Source of the DNA: Eledone cirrhosa
Taxonomy: Eukaryota
Assembly (NCBI GenBank): GCA_964016885.1
Contig: OZ024740.1
Coordinates: 89,466,001-89,530,000 of the forward strand
Direction: 5' to 3'
Length of the DNA stretch: 64,000 nt
Shown: positions 42,498 through 55,238 of the stretch, piece by piece
Layout of the letters: each line of letters starts with the position of its first letter
Numbering within the stretch: position 1 is the first letter of the stretch
Made by a program: the position numbers and the translations under genes
The notes under the pieces: model-generated
The model's database searches: none
What the model was told of the DNA's origin: nothing
Seen by the model: the letters and a program-made list of their open reading frames with translations, nothing else

Positions 42498-42500
42498 ATG
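41476..42500 (-). repeat. PLE terminal repeat (47.5-kb family) interrupted by other repeats at about 41720-42280
   Basis: 41476-41710 and 42290-42470 match consecutive parts of 47510-47920. Confidence 0.7.
42028..42281 (+). mobile_element. 3' end of an RTE-group LINE
   Basis: RLSLAGHAHRHP..LLWESLHG..RRRPRLTYVDAL..DTGL..DRDCWR. Confidence 0.8.
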
Positions 42501-42622
42501 TGCGCGCGTTTGTGTTTATACCCCGGGGTCGATAAAATAAAGTCCCAGTAATGTACTGGGTAATTGCTGGCCTTGTGCCTAAAATAGAAACAGTTATATA
42601 TATATATATATATACACACACA

Positions 42623-42698
<76 letters not shown>

Positions 42699-42954
42699 GA
42701 CACACACACACACAAATACACGCCCGCCACATATATATACATACTACCCGAATTACCCGCGCATTGTTGCGTTTCACAAGTTTTTTTTTGTAAGAATATG
42801 ATGATTGATTTTAAATCAGTGATATAATTCATGGAGAAAAACTGTGCATTTCAATATTACTCAATGTAAAATATCATGCATGAAAAATTGGAAAACACTA
42901 TGTTTTGTAATATATCAAATCAAAATTACATTATTAAATCTTATTTTTATTTCG

Positions 42955-43666
42955 TTATAGCTCTGATTTATCTGAATTATTGAGCCCTCTGCCGCTCATT
43001 TCGAATTTTGTTTATCGTGAACTCGTGCGCCGATTGTTCGATACTCGATTATTCTACTATATTTAGCTCTAGACTTAGCTATTGACCAGTTAATTTTATT
43101 GTTCATTTTTTGTCGATTCTATTAAATGATGAATAGCTCCTGTTTATTTTAACATGTCTATTGAGCACTCTTATTCGATATGTGTATTTCCACATTTTCC
43201 CGAATATTTTTTGCGGATATAGAGGTTGTCTCCCTTGCTGAATTCCATGTGCGTTTTTTCAACTTGGGTTATGCCTTTTTATTCGTTCGGACAAAAGCTC
43301 GTTGAGGAAGTAAATTCCGGTCCGCTGCTCTCCAGAAGTCTTATATATTTTTATGTGGGCTGATAGAGGGCAGTTTAAGGATTTATAGAAACCAAAGAAG
43401 ATAGATTTACCATCTTTCTAGCGGGTCCGGGTATGCTTTTTACATTCATTTGATTTATTGATTTATTGATATTTTATCTGAGTGTCCCGAATCTTCCAGA
43501 TCGTAATTTTTCGGTCGTATGGTTGATTTTAGACATGTTCTATGTGTGTCAGTATTTTAACGATAGTTATAGCTCTGATTTATGTGAATTATTGAGCCCT
43601 CTGCCGCTCATTTCGAATTTTGTTTATCGTGAACTCTTGAGCCTATTTTTCGATACTCGATTATTC

Positions 43667-43672
<6 letters not shown>
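42955..43672. repeat. Unclassified element bounded by direct repeats of about 105 bp (period 612)
   Basis: ttatagctctgatttat.tgaattattgagccctctgccgc at 42955 and 43567. Confidence 0.75.
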
Positions 43673-43731
<59 letters not shown>

Positions 43732-43785
43732 TAATATAATAATAAAATGTGAAGAGGAGGCACACGAGTTAGGATATATATATAT

Positions 43786-46501
43786 AAAACAACAGGGAGA
43801 AAGAGACGATTATGGGGAAGGAAAATATATTTTTTCCTTTCTTGTTTCTCTCTCTCTTTGTTCTGGGTTAGAAAATGATTAAAACGAAATGTTTTACTTT
43901 GTGTGAAGTGTTAAGGTATTAGTTGATTTATTTATTATTTAACAATGGCATTTGTTTATCTATTTATATATTTAATTATTGTCTATTACCGGTTTTCAGC
44001 ATTTATATGCATTATCAAATGATAGTGAAATGTATTAGTGTGGTGTCGCACATGTTTAACAGAAGGTGCAGACAGAATAATGTTATATACAAACAAGGTT
44101 TAAGAAGTGAAAAGAAACAAGAAAAAGGAAAAAAAACGTGCATAATGTGGAACGTAAAAAAAAAAAGTGAATGTGGAAGATAAAATAATGTTATTTACAA
44201 GCACAGTTATTGAAGTTAAGCTGTTAAAAATGTGTTATTATCGCAAGAGTGCTTAGTTGAACCATGGTTCCGTGAAGGAAGCAAATGGTGGACTGTGGTT
44301 TGATATGATTTAATATGCAGGGGAAGCAATTCTTGCTGAGTGTTATTTAATTTATTTAAGAAAAAGGATTAGGTAGGGAGTGAGGGAGGTAACTCTTGTA
44401 AATGTTTGATGGTCTGTTGCAGTTTTAGATTGGTCCGATTTTGAGGGCATTGAATAGAGGTTGAAATTTAGTACTGAAATAGTGTTTCCTTATTGGTACG
44501 TTCGATGAAAGTAGCGTTGTCTATGAATCTGTAAATGGGGAAAATTTAAAAGTTTGGATGTTGGTTGAGAGCACAATTGGTGATATGTTCACTAAATGCA
44601 AACTTTCAGTATTCCTGTATTTTAATTTGTGATTCATGGACGGTCATACGTTGACGGAGACTGTTTTTTGTCTGTCCTATGCAGAGTTCTTGACAACCTG
44701 AGCAGGTCAAAACATATATAAGGTTTTCAGAAGCACGTGTAAAGTTGTGTTTAACTGTGAAACGTTCTCCTTGCTTAAAATATAATGTTGAGACTTCTAT
44801 TAGATTTATGCACATGCCACATTTTTGCATATGCGATATACTCATCAAGAAAACAAGCAACAAAATAGAAAAAGACATATACTACAAACCCACAGACACC
44901 AAACAATACCTTCCATTCAACTCGTGCCACCCTAGACACACCAAAATGGCAATTCTTTATAAGCGAGCCAGAAGGATCTGCACAATAGTTTCAGATAAAT
45001 ACACATGCTACACACGACTAGAAGAATTGAAAAACACACTTATCATCAGAAACTGCCCACCATCCCTAATCACCAATGGATTTCAACGTGCCTTAAAACT
45101 AGACATCCAGGAACTCAGACACCCCAAACCCAGGAGTGAACCGCAACAAAAAACTCTACCATACATCTCCACACACAACCCGCTCCACAATGAGGTATTC
45201 GACACCACCCTCCAGAACTTTCCTTTACTATAAAGAGACGCAAGAATTAACAATATCCTCCAAACACACAACATCATAAAGAGCAAAAGACAACCCAAAT
45301 CCATAAAAAAAATCCTCACACAAGCCAAAATCCAACCAACCATCACAATGAAACCTACAGTAACAAAATGCGGAATGCCCAACTGTGGCATATGCATAAA
45401 TCTAATAGAAGGTTCAACATTCCTTTTTAAAGAAGGACAATGTTTCACAATTAAACACAACTTTACATGTGCTTCTGAAAACCTTATCTATGTTTTGACC
45501 TGCTCAGGTTGTCAAGAGCACTACATAGGACAGACAAAATACAGCCTCCGTCAACGTATGACCGTCCATAAATCACAAATTAAAATACAGGAATACAGAA
45601 AGATTGCATTTAGTGAACATATCGGCAATTGTGCTCTCAACCAACATCAAACTTCAAAATTATCCCCATTTACAAATTAATAGACAAAGCTATATTTATC
45701 CAACGTACCAATAAGGAAACACGTGTCATTAATATATTTCAACCACTACTCAATGCCCTAAAAATCGGACAAATCTAAAACTGCAACAAACCATCAAACA
45801 TTTACAAGAGTGATATCCCTCACACCCTACCTAATCCATTTTCTTAAATAAATTAAATATCACCCTGCAAGAATTGCCTTCCCCTGAATATTAACTCTCT
45901 AAAAAGGGAAATCATATCAAACCACAATCCACCATTTGCCTCCTTCACGGAACCATGGTTCAACTAAGTACTCTTGTGATATTAACACATTTTGAACTGC
46001 TTAAGTTCAATGACTGTGCTTGTAAATAACATTATTTTTCCTTCCACATTAACTTTTTACGTTCCGCATTATGCACGTTTGTTTTCCCTTTTCCTTTTTT
46101 CTTTTCACTTCTTAAACCTTGTTTGTATATAACATTATTATTTACGGGGTAGATAAAATAAAGTACCAGTAATGCACTGGGTAATTGCTTGCCTTATGCC
46201 TAAAGTAGAAACAATTATTCTTTCTGCACCTTCTGTTTAACATGTGCGAGACCACACTAATACATTTCACTATCATTTGATAATGCATATAAATGCTGAA
46301 ACCGGTAATAGACAATAATTAAATAGATAAATAGATAAATAAATGCCATTGTTAAAAAATAAATACATCAACTAATACCTTAGCACTTCACACAAAGTAA
46401 AACATTTCGTTTTAATCATTGTCTAACCCAGAAAAAAAGAGAGAGAAACAAAATAGGAAAAAAAAAATGTTTCTTCCTCATAATTGTCTCTTTCTCCCTG
46501 T

Positions 46502-46506
<5 letters not shown>
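43786..46506 (+). mobile_element. Penelope-like element (Neptune-like) with an inverted 5' arm of about 1.05 kb (43786-44830)
   Basis: DILIKK..IYYKPTDTKQYLPFNSCHP, YISTHNP, CGMPNCGIC, FTCASENLIYVLTCSGCQEHYIGQT..LRQRMTVH. The same GIY-YIG text occurs on the minus strand at 44606-44830. Confidence 0.92.
46140..46219 (+). mobile_element. Truncated SINE 3' fragment with ATTATT target-site duplication (similar fragment at 42522-42595)
   Basis: ggggtagataaaataaagtaccagt..gccttatgcctaaagtagaaac, absent from the inverted arm near 44075. Confidence 0.8.
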
Positions 46507-46559
<53 letters not shown>

Positions 46560-47448
46560 CGGAAGTTTTGCGTCTGTGTGAGTATGCAGGTTCGTACGTA
46601 TGTAGGGCGTGTGTATATGTGTACTTCATGTTTGGGTTGACTTACGTCTCCGAACATTCGTGTATTTACATATAGGTATGTGTGTGCGCTTGTTATATAC
46701 GTATTTATTTATTTATATACGTTTATATAATTATTTATTTATTTGTATACACGCATACATACACACATACATTTATATGTGCGTGGTTTTGTTTACCTAT
46801 GATAAGTGTGTGCGTATGCTTGTGTATGTACGTATTTGTTTGCGTGTACGTATTTATTTATTTCTATTAGTTCTGTATTGTATTTATTTACTTTGTTCTT
46901 AACTCTGTAGCGGAGATTCAATTAGTCTCCTAGTTAGAATTTTAGTCTACGACTTCTGCTATACCATTTACGTGGTTTTGTCTTTACGTTCTATTGTTCT
47001 CCACGCTCCACATATGACGTATTAGCTTCGTTTTTTTCGTTCATTGACAGAGAACGTCTCTATGCACCACCTAAGAGAACATTAATCTACGACCTCTTTT
47101 ATACCATAAACGTGGTTCTGTCTTTGCGCGTAATTGTTTTTCACCGCTCCTATTAATGACGTATTATAATCGTTTTTTCCCGTTCTTTGCCAGCGAACGT
47201 TTCCACGAACCAAAGTATCGTCTTCCTGTCTTCCTCCGGTTGCAAGGTAGTTTGAAATATCCAGTTATGCGTTTATAGATTGACTTTATTAGTTTCAGAA
47301 GATCCCGTTAAGGGTGAAAGCAGCGATTCTTTGCTTAAACTTTAATCTGTTATTTTAATAAATATTTGCTCTACGGTTCTTATATATTTGATATATATTT
47401 ATCCTTATCGAGCCCTCTTCGGATTTTAGTCTTCAAATTTATTATTAT

Positions 47449-47493
<45 letters not shown>

Positions 47494-47494
<1 letters not shown>

Positions 47495-48339
47495 CGGCGA
47501 TGAATTTGTTTTGTGAGGGTTTTGATAGATATGAAATAGTGTGTCGAAACAAATATTGTTATACTTGGGGAGGGTCATATTTGTTGTAATAATATTGCCA
47601 GAAAAAATAACTGAACACACTAACTGTTTGGTTGGTTTTCGCTTCTGCATCTTTTATATCTCCATAGTTTATTCATTCGGCCATCAATGTTTACCATTAC
47701 TGACCAACGGTCAAAAACATGGATGTAAATATTTATATTGTAACAAATTTCTTTCGTTGCACATCTGCAACATACTTATTGGTACTATTATCATGTTTAC
47801 CCTATTGTATTGTATTGGAATGTCTACGCCATTTTTATTTTATCTATCTATTGATTTAGTTCTTTTTGTCTCCGTCTCTGCGCATGCGTTTGCGTGTGTG
47901 TATAGTGTTTGGTGTGTGTGTTCACGATTGGGTGTATGTGTTTTGGTTTTTGTATTCTATCTTTGTTTATTAGTATGTGTTTATATGTGTTTGTTGTTAT
48001 TGTACTTGTGTATATATATATTTTTATTTATTTATTTATATTTCTCTTCAGTCAGTATTGTTTGTTTGGCTATGTTTGTTGTTATTACATTCATTTTTTT
48101 CTGTTTAACATTTAACTGATGATGTTGCCGATGTGCAACGAAAGAACTTTGTTAGACTATATATATATATTTATATCTGTATTTTTTACCGTTGGTCAAT
48201 GATAAATATTAATGGCCGAATGAAATAACTATGATGATATAGAAGATACAGAAATGAAAACCAACCAAACAGTGAGTGTGTTCTGTTATTTTTTCTGGCA
48301 ATATTATTATAACAATATGATATTCCCCAAGTATAACAG

Positions 48340-48340
<1 letters not shown>
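47494..48340 (-). mobile_element. Fold-back PLE terminal-repeat element (arms about 47555-47780 and 48116-48340, tail 47494-47555)
   Basis: Inverted gaacacact.actgtttggttggttttc / gaaaaccaaccaaacagtgagtgtgttc. HHR motif at 48113-48153. Confidence 0.8.
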
Positions 48341-48432
<92 letters not shown>

Positions 48433-48436
<4 letters not shown>

Positions 48437-48949
48437 CAGGAAAGAAGGTTTACATGGTTTGCTATACAAAAAAGTTTTTAATCACATAGCTTACATTTGT
48501 TTCACTGAACTGGTATGTCTAGAGATCGCTATCCGCCTAATTTTGCGTCACTCGATCGCCAATACAGAATTATAACCAGTCAGATCTTCGGAGCATGCGA
48601 GAATGAAGAAAATACACAGGCAAGAAAAGAAAAGAAAATATGGAGTAGTTATGGCATTCAATTAGAACAATAACAACAATTACAACAATGCTATCAATAA
48701 ACTATTTAAGGAGACCCTGACATTACTTAGGTGGGGGGTATCTAATATATCTAATGTTACGGCGTGAAAACCAGCTGTCATAAGGCAAAAAGTATCGTAG
48801 TGTGTATCAATTTTAAATTATAAAGATAAGCTAGTTTTTACAGTCTTTCTCTTCATCTTCAACAGTATACATGAGTGGGACCACTGTCAAAGCTCAATAG
48901 TAGTAGAGTTAATACAGAGGTTAACGAATTAACATACACATATATCTAC

Positions 48950-48996
<47 letters not shown>

Positions 48997-50049
48997 AATA
49001 TATATACACATATATGTGTACATAGACACATACATACACATCAATATACACTCGTACAAAAATATACATACATGCAAAGAGAAAAGCGTGCTAATTGTAA
49101 TTATGGCAAAAAGAAGGTAAAGTAACATTGTAGTAGTGAAATGAGAAAAACTAGGATCTAGGAGCTGCTGCAATCATTTGATCCTAGATCCTAGTTTTTC
49201 TCATTTCACTACTACAATGTTACTTTACCTTCTTTTTGCCATAATTACAATTAGCACGCTTTTCTCTTTGCATGTATGTATATTTTTGTACGAGTGTATA
49301 TTGATGTGTATGTATGTGTCTATGTACACATGCATGTGTACATATATTTATATATATGTGTGTGTGTGTGTGTGTGCGTAGATATATGCGTATATTAATT
49401 CGTTAACCTCTGTATTAACTCTACTACTATTGAGCTTTGACAGTGGTCCCACTCATGTATACTGTTGAAGATGAAGAGAAAGACTGTAAAAACTAGCTTA
49501 TCTTTATAATTTAAAATTGATACACACTACGATACTTTTTGCCTTATGACAGCTGGTTTTCACGCCGTAACATTAGATACATTATATACCCCCCACCTAA
49601 GTAATGTCAGGGTCTCCTTAAATAGTTTATTGATAGCATTGTTGTAATTGTTGTTATTGTTCTAATTGAATGCCATAACTACTCCATATTTTCTTTTCTT
49701 TTCTTGCCTGTGTATCTTCTTCATACTCGCATGCTCCGAAGATCTGACTGGTTATAATTCTGTATTGGCGATCGAGTGACGCAAAATTAGGCGGATAGCG
49801 ATCTCTAGACATACCAGTTCAGTGAAACAAATGTAAGCTATGTGATTAAAAACTTTTTTTGTATAGCAAACCATGTAAACCTTCTTTCCTGATTTATTAT
49901 TACTCCAAGTGTTTACAACATAGGAATTACAGCATACCCGCAGCATCACTATGAAAACGCCTTGTTGAGTCAAACCAAGCCAAGCGTTAATATCATCCAC
50001 TACCTGGAATACTATAACTGGACTTCACCTAAGTGGACTGCATTTACCT

Positions 50050-50055
<6 letters not shown>
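48433..50055 (+). mobile_element. Fold-back HHR element: arms of about 720 bp (48433-49163 and 49182-49893), 18-nt loop, tail to 50055
   Basis: Near-identical reverse-complement arms, mirrored ORFs 48946-49173 and 49178-49381, and (TA)n flanks. Confidence 0.92.
49733..49838 (+). ncRNA. Hammerhead-like motif with CCGAAGA core and expanded stem II
   Basis: gct CCGAAGA tctgactggt..accagttcagt GAAA caaatg TA agc. The inverted arm carries the same C4. Confidence 0.6.
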
Positions 50056-50112
<57 letters not shown>

Positions 50113-50121
<9 letters not shown>

Positions 50122-51039
50122 ATGTAAATATAATGTATTTTGCAATACACTTTATGCTTAATTAAAAGCATTTTGAAGACCGTAAGCTATTGTTTTAAAG
50201 AAGTGACAAATTCACTCACTTCGATCTCAGCAAACAGGAGGTGATAAGCCGACATGACATGTTTCGCTTTTGTTGAAGCTTATCAAGGCCAACTACCCCG
50301 CCCGTCTGCTGAGATCAATGATGTTATATTCTTATAGAAATCTAGTAAATAATCAGGAGCTGATTATGCAGAGCGATTGTTGGTCAGGCTATTTCAGAGC
50401 TACAATTCTAATTTTTAATTTCTGCCTGACCAACAACCGCTCTGCATAATCAGCTCCTGATTATTTACTAGATTTCTATAAGAATATAACATCATTGATC
50501 TCAGCAGACGGGCGGGGTAGTTGGCCTTGATAAGCTTCAACAAAAGCGAAACATGTCATGTCGGCTTATCTCCTCCTGTTTGCTGAGATCGAAGTGAGTG
50601 AATTTGTCACTACTTTAAAACAATAGCTTACGGTCTTCAAAATGCTTTTAATTAAGCATAAAGTGTATTGCAAAATACATTATATTTACATCCATATATA
50701 TATTGCTATTTCAGAGCTACAATTCTAATTTTTACTTTCTGCCTGACCAACAACCGCTCTGCATAATCAGCTCCTGATTATTTACTAGATTTCTATAAGA
50801 ATATAACATCATTGATCTCAGCAGACGGGCGGGGTAGTTGGCCTTGATAAGCTTCAACAAAAGCGAAACATGTCATGTCGGCTTATCTCCTCCTGTTTGC
50901 TGAGATCGAAGTGAGTGAATTTGTCACTACTTTAAAACAATAGCTTACGGTCTTCAAAATGCTTTTAATTAAGCATAAAGTGTATTGCAAAATACATTAT
51001 ATTTACATCCATATATATATTGCTATTTCAGAGCTACAA

Positions 51040-51046
<7 letters not shown>
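50113..51046 (+). mobile_element. Retrozyme-like array: inverted arm plus two tandem 317-bp HHR monomers and a partial third, in (TA)n
   Basis: gctatttcagagc at 50388, 50705 and 51022 (period 317). 50113-50389 is inverted. Confidence 0.9.
50523..50566 (+). ncRNA. Type I hammerhead ribozyme, U3-A8 core variant (copies 50840-50883 plus, 50247-50290 minus)
   Basis: ggcc TTGATAA gctt caacaa aagc GAAA catgtcatg TC ggct, nested in the outer stem gatctcagcagac/gtttgctgagatc. Confidence 0.8.
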
Positions 51047-51094
<48 letters not shown>

Positions 51095-51350
51095 TTATAT
51101 ATATATATATATAGATATATATATATATATACAATGATATTAAAAGAATGGAAATGATATTTATAAAACCATATTTATTCTATTATATATATTTCAAGGG
51201 TACCAAAACTTTGATACTCTTTCATCAGATAAAGTACAAAGTTTGTTTTAATAATTTTGACACAACCAAGAAAAAGACACCTTAACGGTTCAAGTTTTCC
51301 TTGAATTACCAACAAATCGAATATCCCTTTTGCTTATATATATATATAAT

Positions 51351-51382
<32 letters not shown>

Positions 51383-51612
51383 TATGAAAGGTATAGAAAA
51401 CACTGCAGTGAAAAGCGAACAGCATTTCATAATATACAAGTGACTATAGCGTCAAAATGGGATAAATAGTTAACGTAGATGTGGGAACAATAATTCAAAC
51501 TCATCTCAAAGAGAATCAGGATATAAATTCATCCACAGAATTTAGTGAAATCCACGGAAAAATCAATAGAGCCTTAATTCATGATAAAATAAAGTTTAAA
51601 ATACTTATCCTT

Positions 51613-51696
<84 letters not shown>

Positions 51697-51705
51697 GTAT
51701 ATATA

Positions 51706-51764
<59 letters not shown>

Positions 51765-51836
51765 TTAACCACAGATCCTCCATCTCAACTCTACTTTTGA
51801 AAACCAGAAGAAATGTGACGCCGGTAAAGGAACCAA

Positions 51837-51884
<48 letters not shown>

Positions 51885-52084
51885 TTTGATAAACTATATA
51901 TATGTGTTTGTGTCTATATTGTATCTGTATTATTTTTGACCGTTGGTCAGTCAATGGCAACATTGAGGACCGAATAAATTAGATTACCGATATAAAATAC
52001 ACAGAAGCGAAAAGCGAAAACCAACCAAACAGTGAGTGTGTTCTGTTATTAATTCTGGCAATATTACACAAATATGACCCTCCC

Positions 52085-52172
<88 letters not shown>

Positions 52173-52336
52173 AATATTTCTTTTTACATTTGTTGGTTCT
52201 CCACTGGATAGAATTGGTCGTTCCGTATCGTCAATTTTGGTGTAATATTCTGTAATATTGTGTAGTTAGTGGTGCGAATACGGAGTTAATTATAAATAAA
52301 ATAAAATAACAGGAGGCTGGACTATATATATATATG

Positions 52337-52431
<95 letters not shown>

Positions 52432-52432
52432 A

Positions 52433-52800
52433 ATAAGTATGTTTAGAAACAGTAATCATGTTTCAAATTAGAATTAGAAGATTTCGCCTTTTTTTTCACT
52501 AATGAAATGTTAGCCTGATTGGGGTTTAGAACCCTCTAAGAAATGGAAAAAGGTTGAGTATTAACTTCTATGCGAGTCGAACCCCCATATGTAGTTATCC
52601 AGACCACTGTCTTACATTTAGATCAACACATCTCCTTCCATTGAAATTAGAATCTGCTAGAATGTGATGGTAGCACAGAACCAAAGATGTGAGCCGACTC
52701 CCATGTACGTTAATACTCACCTTTTTCCGTTTCTTAGAGTGTTGTAAACCCCACTAATATCTATTTAGTAAATAATACGGCTAAATCTTCTATTTCTAAT
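52433..52800. repeat. Second, more diverged fold-back copy of the tRNA-containing repeat
   Basis: gagtcgaaccccc..gttatccagaccactgt (minus-strand tRNA) followed by plus-strand gactcccatgtacgttaatactcacctttttcc. Confidence 0.7.
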
Positions 52801-52829
52801 ATGCATACGTAAATATATATGTATATATA

Positions 52830-54293
52830 TTGTTCTATTTGAGGAGGGTCATATTGTTATAATATTTCTCAGAAATATATAATTAAACACACTCACTGTT
52901 TGGTGTGGACAAGTTTTCCCTTCCGTATATTTTATATCTCTTTAATTATTTTAGCTGGCAATTAATGTTTATCAATGATTGATCAACCTTTATAAATTAT
53001 TGGTATAAATAGTTATATATTGTCTATCAAAGTTCTTTCATCACTCAAATCTGACATCATCAGTGGTACTATTGTGTTTCCTCCCGGTATATTGTAATGT
53101 CCGTTCTATTATTATTATTTTTTTTTAATTCTCGTCTCTGTTTGCGTATGCGCTTGTGTAAGTGTTTTCTGTTTGATGTGTGTACGTGTCTGAGTCTGTG
53201 TGTTTGTATTCTGTATTTGCTCACTTATGTATGTTTGTGTGGTTGTTGTTGTTGTACATGTGTACATTTATTTATATTTATTTTAGTTCACTATTGTGTG
53301 TTTGTGCGTGGTTGTTGTTATTCCCTTCATTGTTTCTGTTCAACTTCGGTTTTCTTACTTCTGTTGCTTCCCTAAAGTGTCTGCCTGTTGTGTCATTTCT
53401 ATGTTTAGATATTAATTTAATTTCTATTTTGTCTATATTACCATCAAGTATTATAGTACCGAACCGTATTTTTGTCATGTTAGTTCACCCAAGTGTTGGT
53501 TCATCTATTCCCTATTCTCCGAGTTGTCTCTCCTATATATGCCGTTGTCATATTTCTACAAGTACCCTCTGAACATCTTGTGCTATAGTCTGCATTTATA
53601 GTTTTGCAATTTATTTGTGGATTTATTCTACATATAGCACATTTCTTATTAGTAGAGTGAGTTTCTTGAAGGGGCATGTCTTGCTCATCAGGAATTCTAT
53701 GTTTGTTCCTGGCTTTTCTCCCTCTTTAATCTTTAAAGGAGTCTTTCTTATGGCCTTTCTAAATTGGTTAGCTAATTAACCTCCAGTGATTACATCCACG
53801 AACATTACTCTCTGGTATCTCTGTTTATCATATCATAAAATGTATTTCGCTATATTAGGTTTAATCCCATCTATACTACTCCATGTTTTACACCTGTACA
53901 ATGAGCAAATCCTTTCATGTCCATCTTTATGAGGGTCTTATATTTCTCCGTGGATTTTTTCACACCCTGATTCTGTCTCTTTGGCTACGGGACACATTCT
54001 TCATCACTCTTACCAAGTTTGCGATCTCATTATTAAACTTAGCATTATTAGATGCTATTGGGGTTTTTCTGTCTAAATTACTTGGAGGTCATGGGTTTAG
54101 AATAGTGAGAGTGGAGAATTTGGGTTTTCTCGTTGATAGTGTGTAACCAGAGTTCAGTGTTTAATACTTGTAGTCCATTGTTAGGGTATATATTTCAGAC
54201 CATATTACAACAATATGGTCCTCACCAAACATAGGAATATTTGTTAAAACACGATTTCATATCAAAAAAACTTGCAAAAGAAATTCATCGCCG

Positions 54294-54295
<2 letters not shown>
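52830..54295 (-). mobile_element. Decayed Penelope-like element (same family as 31775) with an opposite-orientation terminal repeat at 54185-54295
   Basis: Minus strand QILHSHYSKPM and HRNDTTGRHFREATE..PKLN. HHR at 53027-53067. Confidence 0.75.
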
Positions 54296-54328
<33 letters not shown>

Positions 54329-54329
54329 G

Positions 54330-54572
54330 CATGCCCTTGTGCGCTGCCGCCACCACGTTGATCTCGTGCTTATCCCGGCTTCATGGCCTGAAGCGACTGA
54401 GAGTAGAAGAGAGCTCTCTGGATAGGACGTCTGTCAATCGCAGGTTTAATCCCCCAGATAGTGCTTATTTTCAGCTGAGTATACTGGAGCAACGTGAAAT
54501 GATGTGTTATGCTCAAGAACAGAACACACAAACCCGCCCAGGAATCGAACCCACGGACGTACGATCGAGCGA
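54330..54572 (-). mobile_element. tRNA-derived SINE with a CORE-like central domain
   Basis: Minus-strand B box GGTTCGATTCC followed by gttcttgagcataacacatcatttcacgttgctccagt..ctcagctg. Confidence 0.7.
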
Positions 54573-54613
54573 ATGCGAGAGAGAGAGGAGTGGGAGTGAT
54601 ATATATATATATA

Positions 54614-55180
54614 TATAATGAAATGACAGGAGGCTGGATTTGTGTAAATCCTTGAAAGGTTTATTATACTATGATCATTTCAATGACCGGGTTCCGTATG
54701 AATCCGGTGATATCATCAGGTATTCGAAATATAATACGTGAATGTAATAGGTAAAATCCATGGGGCTGAAAATCGAGACCCGAGGGCGACCGCTATTCTG
54801 TTCCTTCAACCTCAGCCGGTCGTCCAGGGCGACAGGCTGAGGTTGAAGGAACAGAATAGCGGTCGCCCTCGGGTCTCGATTTTCAGCCCCATGGATTTTA
54901 CCTATTACATTCACGTATTATATTTCGAATACCTGATGATATCACCGGATTCATACGGAACCCGGTCATTGAAATGATCATAGTATAATAAACCTTTCAA
55001 GGATTTACACAAATCCAGCCTCCTGTCATTTCATTATAATATTTAACTCCGTAATATCACCACCAACTACAAAAACAAAGACGGTTGAACTGCTTTACGT
55101 TGAGTACTCTCTATATTATTGCATTACGATTGACCATACGGAATAGACCAGCTCTATACAGTGGTGAACCTCAAACCTGA

Positions 55181-55185
<5 letters not shown>
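54614..55185 (+). mobile_element. Short fold-back HHR element (palindrome 54614-55038 plus tail), same family as 33217
   Basis: Arms of about 205 bp centred on 54826. The tail 55039-55185 matches 35422-35567. Confidence 0.93.

Positions 55186-55238
<53 letters not shown>

Noticed and set aside
54675-54977. Two near-identical 79-aa ORFs on opposite strands (likewise 33627/34808)
   Set aside because: A consequence of DNA palindromy; no coding signature.
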